DNA of 48,911 nucleotides. Source: Candidatus Zixiibacteriota bacterium. GTDB taxonomy: Bacteria > Zixibacteria > MSB-5A5 > CAIYYT01. Below the pieces are notes generated by a model. It saw only the letters and a program-made list of their open reading frames with translations. It searched no databases and had not been told where the DNA came from. Positions 11,945 to 21,170 of this stretch are shown one piece after another; position 1 is the first letter of the stretch; the number at the start of each line of letters is the position of its first letter. Where the stretch lies: positions 1 to 48,911 of the forward strand of contig JBECKX010000102.1 in assembly GCA_040235515.1 (NCBI GenBank), written 5' to 3'. Position numbers and translations under genes: made by a program.

Positions 11945-11966
11945 CAAGTAACGAACAAGTAACGAA
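11945..11966 (+). repeat. Perfect 11-bp tandem direct repeat CAAGTAACGAA x2
   Basis: CAAGTAACGAA at 11945-11955 and 11956-11966. Confidence 0.85.
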
Positions 11967-12179
11967 ATTCAAATTTTGACAGCTGTAATCTTCCGACGCG
12001 GAGACTGCTACCGCACGTGTACCATCCAGCTATCAAAAGCAAGCTACATAAGCTGAAGTGAAAACCTTAACTTGCAGGAGGTTGTGCCTATGAGTTGATG
12101 CCGTCTGAAGTCCTCCAGACGGAAAAACTTGGGAGGAGTCTAATTTTACTGCACTTTAACCTAATGGAAAGGTGAGACC

Positions 12180-15100
12180 ATGTACCGATGTAGAATGACT
12201 CTGAGGGTTCTCATCACCCTCACTGCAGTTCTCGCACTTTGCACATCGATGGCGTTCGCCAAAGATGCCGCACCTGAGAAGGTCTCGATCCAGCCTATCC
12301 TGACTGGACCGAACTATGACCTTAAAGCTGAATTAGGTGGCGACCAGGGTGCCAACCAGGGCTCATTCAGTGATGAAGCCTCCAAGGTCGCTCTGGAGCG
12401 TCGTGACAGCCAGCCGCCGCGCTCACGCTCGTATTCTTCAGTCTATCTGTCTGAAGACTTCGAGGGTACCGTTCCTCCGGGCGGTTGGGGCTCTGTCGTA
12501 ACGAACGCGAGCTTCACCTGGAAGATCCAGACTGTTGGTTCCCCGTGGTCAGGCTCCCAGTGCGCCGACGTTGAATATGATCCGGCGCTCACGCCGCAGG
12601 ATGAGTGGATGATCTCTCCTGTTATGGATCTCAGTTCGGCTACCTCCGACCTCCGCCTCGACTTCTACTGGAATGCCTCCTACTACTGGGCGGTTGATCC
12701 GTTTGATAACTATGATCTCGAAGTCTACGTCTCCACAGACGGTGGCACCACCTTCCCGGATCTGATCTGGAGTGAGGATGCCTATGGACTTTTCTCCAAC
12801 TTCATTTGGTATAACACTGTCGTCGACCTGAGCGCCTACGCCGGCCAGTCCAGCGTCGCCATCGGCTTCCGCTATGTCGGTTCCGACGGTGCCCAGGCCT
12901 CTCTCGACCTCGTCGTCGTGACTGACGATCCTCCGCCGCTGGGCCGTTGCTGCTTCGCCGGTGGTTCCTCATGCTCCGACGAGACCGAAGCTGACTGTAT
13001 TACCATGGGCGGCGAGAGCTGGGACGAAGGTCTCACTTGCGCCTCCGATCCCTGCCCGGTCGCAGCTCAGGGTGACAACTGCTCTGACCCGCTGTTGATC
13101 AGCCTCCCGGCCGAGATTCCGTATCTCGACAAGGATCAGACCACCTGCGGTCGTACCGATGACTATGACAACACCTGTCTCGGTTCATACGACGGTGGCG
13201 AGGACATCATCTACAAGATCAGCGTTGCCTCTGAAGTTACCGTTGATATTACCCTTGATCCGCAAGGAACTACCTATACAGGTTTTGCTATTGATGATGC
13301 AGCCTGCCCGCTTGATATCGGAACCAGTGACTGTATCGCCAAATCCACCAGCTCCGCCGGTGGCGCCCACAGCATTACGGGCCTCACCCTGAGCCCTGGT
13401 GACTACTTCCTTATGGTCGATACCTGGCCGTCACCGGATTGTATTCCGTTGTTCGACCTGACGATCGACGAAGCCGCTCCGCCGACTCCTGGTGACGACT
13501 GCTCGGCTCCGTTCGAGCTGACCCTCGGCTCAGCCGACATGCCGCACACCGAAGCCGGTCTCTACAACTGCGGCCGTGGCAACAGCTACGATGCCACCTG
13601 TCTTGGCAGCTATGATGGCGGCGAAGACTTCGTAATGGAACTTACCCTGACCGAGCCGCTTGTCCTTGACATCACTCTCGATCCCAAGGGCACGACCTGG
13701 TCCGGTATGGCTATCGACGACGTTTGTCCGCTCGATGGCTCCGGCGCCTGTCTCGGCGTCGTGACCAGCTCCGCTGGTACCCCGAAGTCGATCTATGGAC
13801 TCTCGCTGGCCGCCGGTACCTACTACATCATGGTAGATACCTGGCCGTCACCGGCTTGTATCCCCGACTTCGACCTGCTCTTTGATGCCGCGGCTCCTCC
13901 GCCGGCGAACGATGATTGCGCCAACGCCTCGCCGATCGGCGACGTTACCAATCTTCCGTTCCAGACTCTCTCAGCTACGATCGATGGTCCGTTGTCCTGC
14001 AACGAAGCACCGAACGTCTGGTTTGAGTACACTGCCCCGATCACCGGTGCAGCGACCATTAGCCTCTGCGGTTCGAGCTACGATACCAAGATGGCAGTCT
14101 TTGATGAGTGCGGTGGTACCGAGCTTGCCTGTAACGACGACTATTGCAGTCTTCAGTCGCAGGTTTCAATCCCGGTCACGATGGGCGAGACCTACCTCGT
14201 TGAAGTTGGTGGTTACACCAATTCCAGCGGCGTCCACAGTACCGGTGAAGGCGTGTTGACGATCTTCTCGTTCGTGCCTCCGCCGAATGACCTTTGCGAA
14301 GATGTTACCCCGGTCACCCTGACCGCCGGTGTGCCTGTCAACTTCACAGGCGACAACACCTTTGCGACCAACCAGTGTTCGCTGCTCGCCTCAGACGGCG
14401 AAACCTGGCATGCATTCGAAGTGACCGAGTGTTCTGATGTCACGATCGACTACTGCGGCACCAGCCCGTCATGGGGCAATGCCTGGATCGTTCTGACAAC
14501 CGGTTGCCCGTGCGCAGCCCTCGTCTATTACAATGACTTCAACGTCACTGATTGCGGCGACGGTAACGTCACGATCAACTTCAAGAACCTCGCTCCGGGT
14601 GTCTACTACTATCCTGTCCTTAAGGATCCGGATTACGGCGCCGTCGGCGTGTACAACATCAACGTTGTTTCATCGCCTTCAACTTCCTACTGCGAAGCTG
14701 ATGGTGGCGGCGACGAGCACATCTCGAATGTCGATTTCGTTACGATTAGCAACGCTTCAGGTAGCGACGGCTATGCCGACTACACTGATCAGTCAACCGC
14801 TATCGTGAAGGGTGAAGCTTATCCGCTCACCGTTGACAACGGTAATGGCTATGGCTCAGACCAGTGCGCCGCCTGGATCGACTGGAACCAGGATCTCTGC
14901 TTCGACGCCAGCGAACAAGTCGGCTACGCCACCGGCGTGGGCCCGTACGCGTTCAGCGTGGTTGCGCCTCCGTCCGCCCTCGAGGGTGAGACCGTCATGC
15001 GCATCCGCATTACCTACACCGGCGCTGTCGCATCCTGCGGATCGACCACCTACGGCGAAGTCGAAGACTACACTGTTGAAGTCTTCAACAATGAGCCGAC

Positions 15101-15701
15101 CTGTACGATCGATCCTGATCCGATGTTCCTCTACTACCTGTTCTCAGTTGTTCCGGTGACCTGCGACTTCAACTTCGGTATGTTTGACGGTGGATACACC
15201 GCTGCCGACGTTGACCTCTCGTCCGTCACCTGTAACGGCCTGCCGCTCTCCACGCCAGTCGTGGTTTCCGGCCCCGGTTTCGTAGGCGATCACGTCTACG
15301 CTACTCTCCCGGCCACATCCTTCCTTGCCACCTACGGCACCGCTATCGTCGGTAGCGCTACCGTTTCGATGACAATCGAAGGAAGCTTCATGGATGCGAC
15401 GCCGTTCAGTATCACTGACAGCTTCGTGCTCCATGGCAAGATGCCTGGACCGGTCAACCGTTACATCGAACCGTGGACCGGTGGTGAAACCGTCTACCTG
15501 CCGGGTGACTTTGATCTCTCGGGTAACATCTCGATCGGTGACGCCGTTGCCATCATTAACTACATCTTTGGTGGCGGCCCGTCTCCTGAAAACGCTCTGA
15601 TCGGTGACACCGATTGCTCAGAGAGCGTCTCGATCGGTGATGCGGTTTACCTGATCAACTTCATCTTCGGTGGTGGCGCGGCACCTTGTGTTTCGCAATA
15701 A
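12180..15701 (+). CDS. Large secreted Cys/Asp-rich repeat protein (cleaved-adhesin/choice-of-anchor-J-like domain, tandem ~140-aa repeats, GEVED domain, C-terminal dockerin-like domain)
   Basis: Signal peptide (SMAFA-K); LSEDFEG...QDEWMISP adhesin-type domain; GDNC/GDDC/NDDC/NDLC-initiated repeats; AWIDWNQD...MRIR...YGEVEDY; duplicated GDxDxSxxxSIGDAVxxINxIFGGG tail. Confidence 0.88.
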   Translation: MYRCRMTLRVLITLTAVLALCTSMAFAKDAAPEKVSIQPILTGPNYDLKAELGGDQGANQGSFSDEASKVALERRDSQPPRSRSYSSVYLSEDFEGTVPPGGWGSVVTNASFTWKIQTVGSPWSGSQCADVEYDPALTPQDEWMISPVMDLSSATSDLRLDFYWNASYYWAVDPFDNYDLEVYVSTDGGTTFPDLIWSEDAYGLFSNFIWYNTVVDLSAYAGQSSVAIGFRYVGSDGAQASLDLVVVTDDPPPLGRCCFAGGSSCSDETEADCITMGGESWDEGLTCASDPCPVAAQGDNCSDPLLISLPAEIPYLDKDQTTCGRTDDYDNTCLGSYDGGEDIIYKISVASEVTVDITLDPQGTTYTGFAIDDAACPLDIGTSDCIAKSTSSAGGAHSITGLTLSPGDYFLMVDTWPSPDCIPLFDLTIDEAAPPTPGDDCSAPFELTLGSADMPHTEAGLYNCGRGNSYDATCLGSYDGGEDFVMELTLTEPLVLDITLDPKGTTWSGMAIDDVCPLDGSGACLGVVTSSAGTPKSIYGLSLAAGTYYIMVDTWPSPACIPDFDLLFDAAAPPPANDDCANASPIGDVTNLPFQTLSATIDGPLSCNEAPNVWFEYTAPITGAATISLCGSSYDTKMAVFDECGGTELACNDDYCSLQSQVSIPVTMGETYLVEVGGYTNSSGVHSTGEGVLTIFSFVPPPNDLCEDVTPVTLTAGVPVNFTGDNTFATNQCSLLASDGETWHAFEVTECSDVTIDYCGTSPSWGNAWIVLTTGCPCAALVYYNDFNVTDCGDGNVTINFKNLAPGVYYYPVLKDPDYGAVGVYNINVVSSPSTSYCEADGGGDEHISNVDFVTISNASGSDGYADYTDQSTAIVKGEAYPLTVDNGNGYGSDQCAAWIDWNQDLCFDASEQVGYATGVGPYAFSVVAPPSALEGETVMRIRITYTGAVASCGSTTYGEVEDYTVEVFNNEPTCTIDPDPMFLYYLFSVVPVTCDFNFGMFDGGYTAADVDLSSVTCNGLPLSTPVVVSGPGFVGDHVYATLPATSFLATYGTAIVGSATVSMTIEGSFMDATPFSITDSFVLHGKMPGPVNRYIEPWTGGETVYLPGDFDLSGNISIGDAVAIINYIFGGGPSPENALIGDTDCSESVSIGDAVYLINFIFGGGAAPCVSQ
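13071..13907 (+). repeat. Two intragenic ~420-nt (140-aa) tandem repeats
   Basis: Units start at 13071 (GDNCS) and 13491 (GDDCS); both carry CGR...YD.TCLGSYDGGED and MVDTWPSP.CIP.FDL, with near-identical DNA (GATACCTGGCCGTCACCGG). Confidence 0.85.
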
Positions 15702-15712
15702 CTGAAGATAGT

Positions 15713-15796
15713 GATGGCAGACTCCGCAAGGAGTCTGCTGTCTCGCTCTAGTTAGCAATTCGGGAGTCTGCCCTTCCCTGAGCAGACTCCCGAATT
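15713..15796 (+). repeat. Twin hairpins sharing the GCAGACTCC/GGAGTCTGC core downstream of the surface-protein gene
   Basis: Hairpin 1: GATGGCAGACTCC-GCAA-GGAGTCTGCTGTC (15713-15742). Hairpin 2: AATTCGGGAGTCTGC-N10-GCAGACTCCCGAATT (15757-15796), a perfect 15-bp stem. Confidence 0.8.
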
Positions 15797-15952
15797 TATG
15801 TAACCGACAAATAACAACACGTTTTTGCACCGGAATCGATGCACAATCCCAATAGCCGTCTTCATCTAAAATTTCCCCATACGAAGAGACTTTGGAATCT
15901 TGCTGCTCCCTTCCGAGTCTGTCTGCTCAGAAGTCGTATCAGAAGCTTCTGG

Positions 15953-15992
15953 TTGCGTCCTGCCGGTGTACAGGTTAAGATACAGGTTAGGA
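15953..15992 (+). promoter_or_regulatory. Candidate sigma70 promoter overlapped by a 12-bp direct repeat
   Basis: TTGCGT-N17-TAAGAT (15953-15981); TACAGGTTAAGA/TACAGGTTAGGA repeat at 15969-15992. Confidence 0.45.
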
Positions 15993-16091
15993 TAATTCAG
16001 GTCGCCTCGTGGATCGCCGCGGCTCAATGATTCAAGAATGCCGGCACTCCACACTACCGTTCTTAACCAAACCTTTGGGAGTATTTACAAA

Positions 16092-19000
16092 ATGTCACGA
16101 CTCTATCGTAACGCTCGTTCCATGACAGGAGGGCAGCGAATTCATGGCGCTTGCGAGCGGCGGATCCCGCTGGTGCTGGCACTGGCGGCGATGTTGCTGT
16201 TTGTCTGCTTCGGCCAGTCGTTTGCGCAGTTGAGTGATGGTGGTCAGCCGAAGAGCTTCACCAAGTCACTCAGATCCGATGTGCAAACGGTCAAGATGCC
16301 GACTGTGGATGTGCAAGCCCTGATTGCCGAAGACCTCGCCGAGCAGAGCAAAGATTTGCCTTACCGCTTCGGAGCACCCTTCGATGTCAATTATTCACTC
16401 GAAAACTCTGGCACCTGGGAAAACCTCGATGATGGTGGCCGCCTCTGGCGACTCAACATCTATTCCGCGGGTGCGTACTCGATAAACCTCATCTACTCCG
16501 AGTACAAACTGCCTGAAGGCGCCCAGTTGTTCGTCTACAATCGTGAACACGATATGGTGATCGGTGCCTTTACGTCACGCAATAACAAAGATCACGGCAA
16601 AATGGCCACCGGTCTTGTTAAAGGTGACTTCATTACGCTCGAATACTATGAACCGGCCGACGTTGTCTATGAAGGCAAACTCACCGTCTCTCGCGTCGTC
16701 CACGCTTACAAGAATCTCTTTGACAGAGACGTTGCCAAGGACGTGCTCGATTTTGGCGAATCGGGTTCGTGCAACAATAACGTCATCTGCCCGGTCGGCG
16801 ATGACTGGCGCCAGCAGATTCGCTCGGTGGCCATGATCACCACCGGCGGAGGCTTCCGTCTCTGCACCGGTTCAATGGTCAACAATGTCCGCCAGGATCA
16901 GACACCTTACTTCCTGACAGCCAACCACTGTCTCGGTGGCTCTGACACCTGGATCTTTATGTTCAATTATGAGAGCCCTGTCTGCACCCCGAACCAGGAT
17001 GGTCCGACTTTCATGACCGTACAGGGTTCGACGCTGCTGGCTAACAGCTCAAACTCAGACTTTGCCCTGTTAGAGTTGGACGAAACACCGCCCGACTCCT
17101 TCAATATCTTCTATAACGGCTGGAACGCCGTGAATGCCCCCGGCAACTCAGCCTGCGGTATCCATCACCCCTCCGGTGACGTGAAGAAGATCTCATTTGA
17201 CTACGACCCGTATACATCAACTGCCTATCTCCAGGAAACGGTTAGTGCGAGTGCCACGCATTGGCGCATCACCCAGTGGGATGATGGCACAACCGAACCC
17301 GGGTCATCCGGCTCGCCTCTCTTCGACGAGAATCATCGCGTAATCGGCCAGCTGCACGGTGGCTTCGCCTCCTGTTCGAGCTTGACCTCTGACTGGTACG
17401 GCAAGTTCGCGATGTCGTGGAATTCAGGTTCGACACCCTCAACCCGCTTGAAGGACTGGCTCGACCCCGACAACACCGGCGTGTTGGTTCTCGACGGCTA
17501 CGACCCCTTCGCCGGCGCTGTCATCAGCCATACACCTCTGGGCGACACCAAGGATTCTGTCAACCCGTATGAAGTTGTCGCTACGATCACTTCCGACACG
17601 ACGCTCGTTGCAGACTCACTCTTCCTCTACTGGAGAACGGCTGTCGTCTGGAACCAGGAAATCCTCCAGCCGACGGCAAATCAGGATGAGTACAATGGTT
17701 TCATCCCGGCTCAGTCACCCGGAACCAGTATCGACTACTATCTCGAAGCCCATTCGGAGGGCGGTGATGCCGATACTACCGACATCTACTCGTTCCGCGT
17801 GATCGACTATGCCGTGCTCCTGAATCCGACCTCCGTGTCGAATTCGGGCGCCGTTGCCGACTCGATCTACTATGACTTCAGCGTCACCAACGATGGTGTC
17901 CTGAACGATGAGTACGGCCTCAGCATCGCCGGTGACCTCTGGCCTACCGAGATTATGGATGCCAGCGGCACCTCAGTTGTCACCACGACCGGCACCCTGC
18001 TGCCGGATGAGACCTTCAATTTCAAGGTCCGCGTAATCGTGCCGACCAGCAACTATGGCGACACGGACATCAGTGTCCTGACCGCTCAGTCGCTGGCGGA
18101 TAACAATATCTCAGAGACAGCCCAGATTCAGACGATCTCAGCCGGTCAGCCGGTAAGTCTGCCGTTCGTCGATACTTTCCCGCTGACGGGGTTCAACGCC
18201 GCCAACTGGATCATCACGACCGGCACGACAATCGATGATGTCGGTCTGGGTGAGCCAAGTGCTCCATACTCGGCTCGTTTCAACGGTTCACCCAGTGGCG
18301 GTGATTCACTCGTATCGCAGGCCATCGATCTTGAAGTGGTCTCCGGAGTGAATCTCTCCTACTACTTCGAGCAGACCGGTGGCGGCGAATCGCCTGATGC
18401 CGGTGATGACCTGATCATCGAGTACTTCAACGATCAGGGCCAGTGGGTTGAATTGAATCGTCATTCCGGCGACGATCCCGATATGAGCCAGTATCAGCTG
18501 GTGAGCATGGGCCTTCCGGCGGATGCCTACCACTCGGCGTTCCGCCTGCGGTTCCGTAACATCGGTACCAGCGGTACCAACGACGACTGGTTCGTGGATG
18601 ACGTCCGCGTCGACTTCGGCCCCGAGATCGCCACCAACCCGGGTAGCTTTGATGTCACCCTCGACCAGGATGACTCAACTTCCGGTGAACTGGTGATCGA
18701 GAACAACGGCCAGGGCGGATTGACCTATACCCTTACCTTTATTCCTGAACTGAACAAGAGCAGTATGTCATCGCTCTTCCAGCAGTTGCAGGAAGCGGGC
18801 CAGGTTGCTCCGGCGACTTACCAGTACGCTGAAGATGGTCAGCCACAGCCCGACTTCAACCTGCCGAAGGGTGTCGAGGACACTTTCCGCGGCCCTGAGG
18901 TGGACAAGAACGCGGGCGGCCCCGACGGCTACGGATATTTCTGGATCGACTCGGATGAAGCTGGCGGGCCTACCTACAACTGGATCGACATCAGCACCAC

Positions 19001-19940
19001 CGGAACCGATATAACCTCGGGTCTCACCGATGACAACTTCATCGGTCCATACCCGATCGGATTCGGATTCCCGTACTACGACCAGACCTACACCGAGTTC
19101 TACGTCGGCTCCAACGGTATCATCGGCTTCGGCCCGACCACCAACCTCGATGAGTACAACAACACTCCGATGCCTGATGCCGGCGATCCGAATAACTTCA
19201 TCGCCTGGTGCTGGGATGATCTGAATATTCTTGATTCAGATAACCCCGGTGGCAAGGTGCTGTATGAAGTCGTTGGCGGCGAGTTGGTGATCTCGTTCGT
19301 CAACTACCCCGAATACGAATCAGCCGCCAATCCGGGTGACGTGATCACTGCCCAGGTGATCCTCCGCCCGAACGGTGGAATCAAGATTCAGTACGCGTCG
19401 ATGGGTGCAGGATTCGATCTGCTCGGAAACACGATCGGAATAGAGAATGCCGATGCCTCGATTGGATTGCAGGTATCGCAGAACTCCAACTACATCCACC
19501 CCGGACTGGCGATCGAGTTCATCAAGCCGACTCAGTGGCTCAAGTTCGCCTCTGCGGCGGGCGAAGTGCCTGCAGGCGAGGCTGACACGATCAGTCTGAT
19601 GTTCAGCAGCGCCGAGGTCGACACCGGCGTTCACAATGCGAACCTGATCATCAAGTCCAACGATCCGCGCCCCGGATACTCATCCCTGGCGTTGCCGGCA
19701 CAGTTGACAGTACTGCCACCGCCTCCGCCGTGGGTCTGCGGTGATGCGGATGGCAACGATGCCGTCGCCATCTCTGATGCAGTCTATATCATCCAGTTCA
19801 TCTTCGGCGGTGGTCCTTCACCAGACCCGCTGGAGTCAGCTGATGCGGATTGCAGTGGAGCGGTCGCGATCGCTGACGCGGTTTATATCATCAACTTCAT
19901 CTTCGGAGGCGGCCCCGCGCCATGCGCCAGTTGCCCGTAG
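16092..19940 (+). CDS. Secreted lysyl-endopeptidase-like (S1, Achromobacter protease I type) serine protease with Ig-like accessory domains and C-terminal dockerin-like domain
   Basis: Propeptide, then catalytic triad YFLTANHC / SDFALLEL / TTEPGSSGSPLF; IHHPSGDVKKIS; GGPDGYGYFWIDSD domain; CGDADG...DAVYIINFIFGGGPAPC tail. Start moved to 16092 (SD GGAG at 16078-16081). Confidence 0.9.
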   Translation: MSRLYRNARSMTGGQRIHGACERRIPLVLALAAMLLFVCFGQSFAQLSDGGQPKSFTKSLRSDVQTVKMPTVDVQALIAEDLAEQSKDLPYRFGAPFDVNYSLENSGTWENLDDGGRLWRLNIYSAGAYSINLIYSEYKLPEGAQLFVYNREHDMVIGAFTSRNNKDHGKMATGLVKGDFITLEYYEPADVVYEGKLTVSRVVHAYKNLFDRDVAKDVLDFGESGSCNNNVICPVGDDWRQQIRSVAMITTGGGFRLCTGSMVNNVRQDQTPYFLTANHCLGGSDTWIFMFNYESPVCTPNQDGPTFMTVQGSTLLANSSNSDFALLELDETPPDSFNIFYNGWNAVNAPGNSACGIHHPSGDVKKISFDYDPYTSTAYLQETVSASATHWRITQWDDGTTEPGSSGSPLFDENHRVIGQLHGGFASCSSLTSDWYGKFAMSWNSGSTPSTRLKDWLDPDNTGVLVLDGYDPFAGAVISHTPLGDTKDSVNPYEVVATITSDTTLVADSLFLYWRTAVVWNQEILQPTANQDEYNGFIPAQSPGTSIDYYLEAHSEGGDADTTDIYSFRVIDYAVLLNPTSVSNSGAVADSIYYDFSVTNDGVLNDEYGLSIAGDLWPTEIMDASGTSVVTTTGTLLPDETFNFKVRVIVPTSNYGDTDISVLTAQSLADNNISETAQIQTISAGQPVSLPFVDTFPLTGFNAANWIITTGTTIDDVGLGEPSAPYSARFNGSPSGGDSLVSQAIDLEVVSGVNLSYYFEQTGGGESPDAGDDLIIEYFNDQGQWVELNRHSGDDPDMSQYQLVSMGLPADAYHSAFRLRFRNIGTSGTNDDWFVDDVRVDFGPEIATNPGSFDVTLDQDDSTSGELVIENNGQGGLTYTLTFIPELNKSSMSSLFQQLQEAGQVAPATYQYAEDGQPQPDFNLPKGVEDTFRGPEVDKNAGGPDGYGYFWIDSDEAGGPTYNWIDISTTGTDITSGLTDDNFIGPYPIGFGFPYYDQTYTEFYVGSNGIIGFGPTTNLDEYNNTPMPDAGDPNNFIAWCWDDLNILDSDNPGGKVLYEVVGGELVISFVNYPEYESAANPGDVITAQVILRPNGGIKIQYASMGAGFDLLGNTIGIENADASIGLQVSQNSNYIHPGLAIEFIKPTQWLKFASAAGEVPAGEADTISLMFSSAEVDTGVHNANLIIKSNDPRPGYSSLALPAQLTVLPPPPPWVCGDADGNDAVAISDAVYIIQFIFGGGPSPDPLESADADCSGAVAIADAVYIINFIFGGGPAPCASCP

Positions 19941-20041
19941 CGGCAGCTTTCGCACCCGAAGATGGTTGCTTAGAACACTGTTCGGCCTGTTGAGTTGGCG
20001 GCACGCCGCGAACCAGCCGGCCGAATAGTCCGATAGAGTCA

Positions 20042-20094
20042 AGCCCCCGCTGGACTCCCTGCCACAGGCAGAGATGTTCGCGGGGGCTATTTTT
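20042..20094 (+). terminator. Intrinsic terminator (long interrupted hairpin) after the protease gene
   Basis: AGCCCCCGC...CTGCC-ACA-GGCAG...GCGGGGGCT followed by ATTTTT. Confidence 0.65.
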
Positions 20095-20181
20095 ATGATC
20101 GCTTTGGTTCGTGCAGGAGCTGGCTCGAAGAGCTTCTTCCTCTCTGCAGATCAGGGGAAAGAACGAACGCCGGGGTGGGGC

Positions 20182-20216
20182 AAAAAGGAAGCGCCCCGAA
20201 ATTCACCGGGGCGCTT
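20182..20216 (-). terminator. Intrinsic terminator of the PEP-CTERM gene
   Basis: Minus strand AAGCGCCCCG-GTGAATTT-CGGGGCGCTT-CC-TTTTT. Confidence 0.75.
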
Positions 20217-20263
20217 GTTGATTCTAATGCTGAGTGATCGACTATCTAAAATCTACCTGCACA

Positions 20264-20977
20264 CTACTTCTCAACTCCGCGACGACGGCGCCAGGCGCCG
20301 AGGCCGAGTGCACCAAGGCCAAACAACGCGAACGTGGTCGGCTCAGGGACCGGCTTAAGATCCATCAGGAAATCGGAAGCAGCGTGGTGATCATTGCGAT
20401 TACCGATCACACCGAACGGGGTTGTGTGCTCGTAGTTGACCCAACCCGAGGCACCGAAGTTGCCGTTTTTGCCGTTGCCGCCGAAACCAATACGGAAAGG
20501 CATGTTGCTCTCCATGTGACCCCAGAGATTGATGTAGTCGTTGGCGTTGGCCTTGTTGACCAATTCAGGGGTGGTCGACGGGTCGAGTGTGAAGTACTTC
20601 CAATCAGCGTGGTAATCGGCTATGGCGCCAAGTTGAACCGGATTGGTGATCAAATTGAACTTGGTATCGAGCCACCAGGAACTGGCGTAGATACCGGGAC
20701 CATTCGTGTTGTTGAACTCAACCAGGTTGGCGGTTCCGTGGAGTCGGGCAGTGCCATCATCGTAGAGATCGAAGTAAACATCCTCGAAATCCCAGGTGAC
20801 CTCGTGGCTCCAGTTGCCATCCATCGAGCCATCAAGGCGCAGCCCGTATGGCGGCGGATTTTGGTCGCCGGCAATTCCGCAGGCGAGCCACTGGGCAACC
20901 AATGCCGCATCCGCGTGTGAGGCGACGAACATTATCGCTACCAGGGCGATAGCGAATAAGCTCTTCGTTCCGTTCAT
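20264..20977 (-). CDS. PEP-CTERM sorting domain protein
   Basis: Signal peptide (SHADA-A); C-terminal VPEPTTFALFGLGALGLGAWRRRR (PEP motif, TM helix, Arg cluster). Confidence 0.93.
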   Translation of the reverse strand: MNGTKSLFAIALVAIMFVASHADAALVAQWLACGIAGDQNPPPYGLRLDGSMDGNWSHEVTWDFEDVYFDLYDDGTARLHGTANLVEFNNTNGPGIYASSWWLDTKFNLITNPVQLGAIADYHADWKYFTLDPSTTPELVNKANANDYINLWGHMESNMPFRIGFGGNGKNGNFGASGWVNYEHTTPFGVIGNRNDHHAASDFLMDLKPVPEPTTFALFGLGALGLGAWRRRRGVEK

Positions 20978-21044
20978 GCATCCGTCCTTTCCCGTTCAGG
21001 TAAGTAAAATGAGGTGAGTATGGTTCTTTTCTAAAGCTGTTTAA

Positions 21045-21060
21045 AGCAATAACCATGCCT
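21045..21060 (-). promoter_or_regulatory. Sigma54 (-24/-12) promoter of the PEP-CTERM gene
   Basis: Minus strand AGGCATGGTTATTGCT = GG-N10-GC, close to TGGCAC-N5-TTGCW. Confidence 0.7.
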
Positions 21061-21170
21061 GCGGAGGAGGGCAATGCGCGGGCAGCAGTGCGGCTAAGGC
21101 GACAGGTTCGAGGGAGTTAGAAGTGTATAAATTAGATGCATTAACCCCATTTTATCGACATCACGGAGAG

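Noticed and set aside
12090..12143. Selenocysteine read-through of the minigene TGA (prompted by selD)
   Set aside because: Read-through gives only a 17-aa peptide with no redox motif. No TGA-interrupted selenoprotein was noticed in the window, and SelD itself uses Cys.
19981..20025. Extra hairpin TTCGGCC...GGCCGAA after the protease stop as a separate ncRNA
   Set aside because: Adequately explained as 3'-UTR structure ahead of the terminator.
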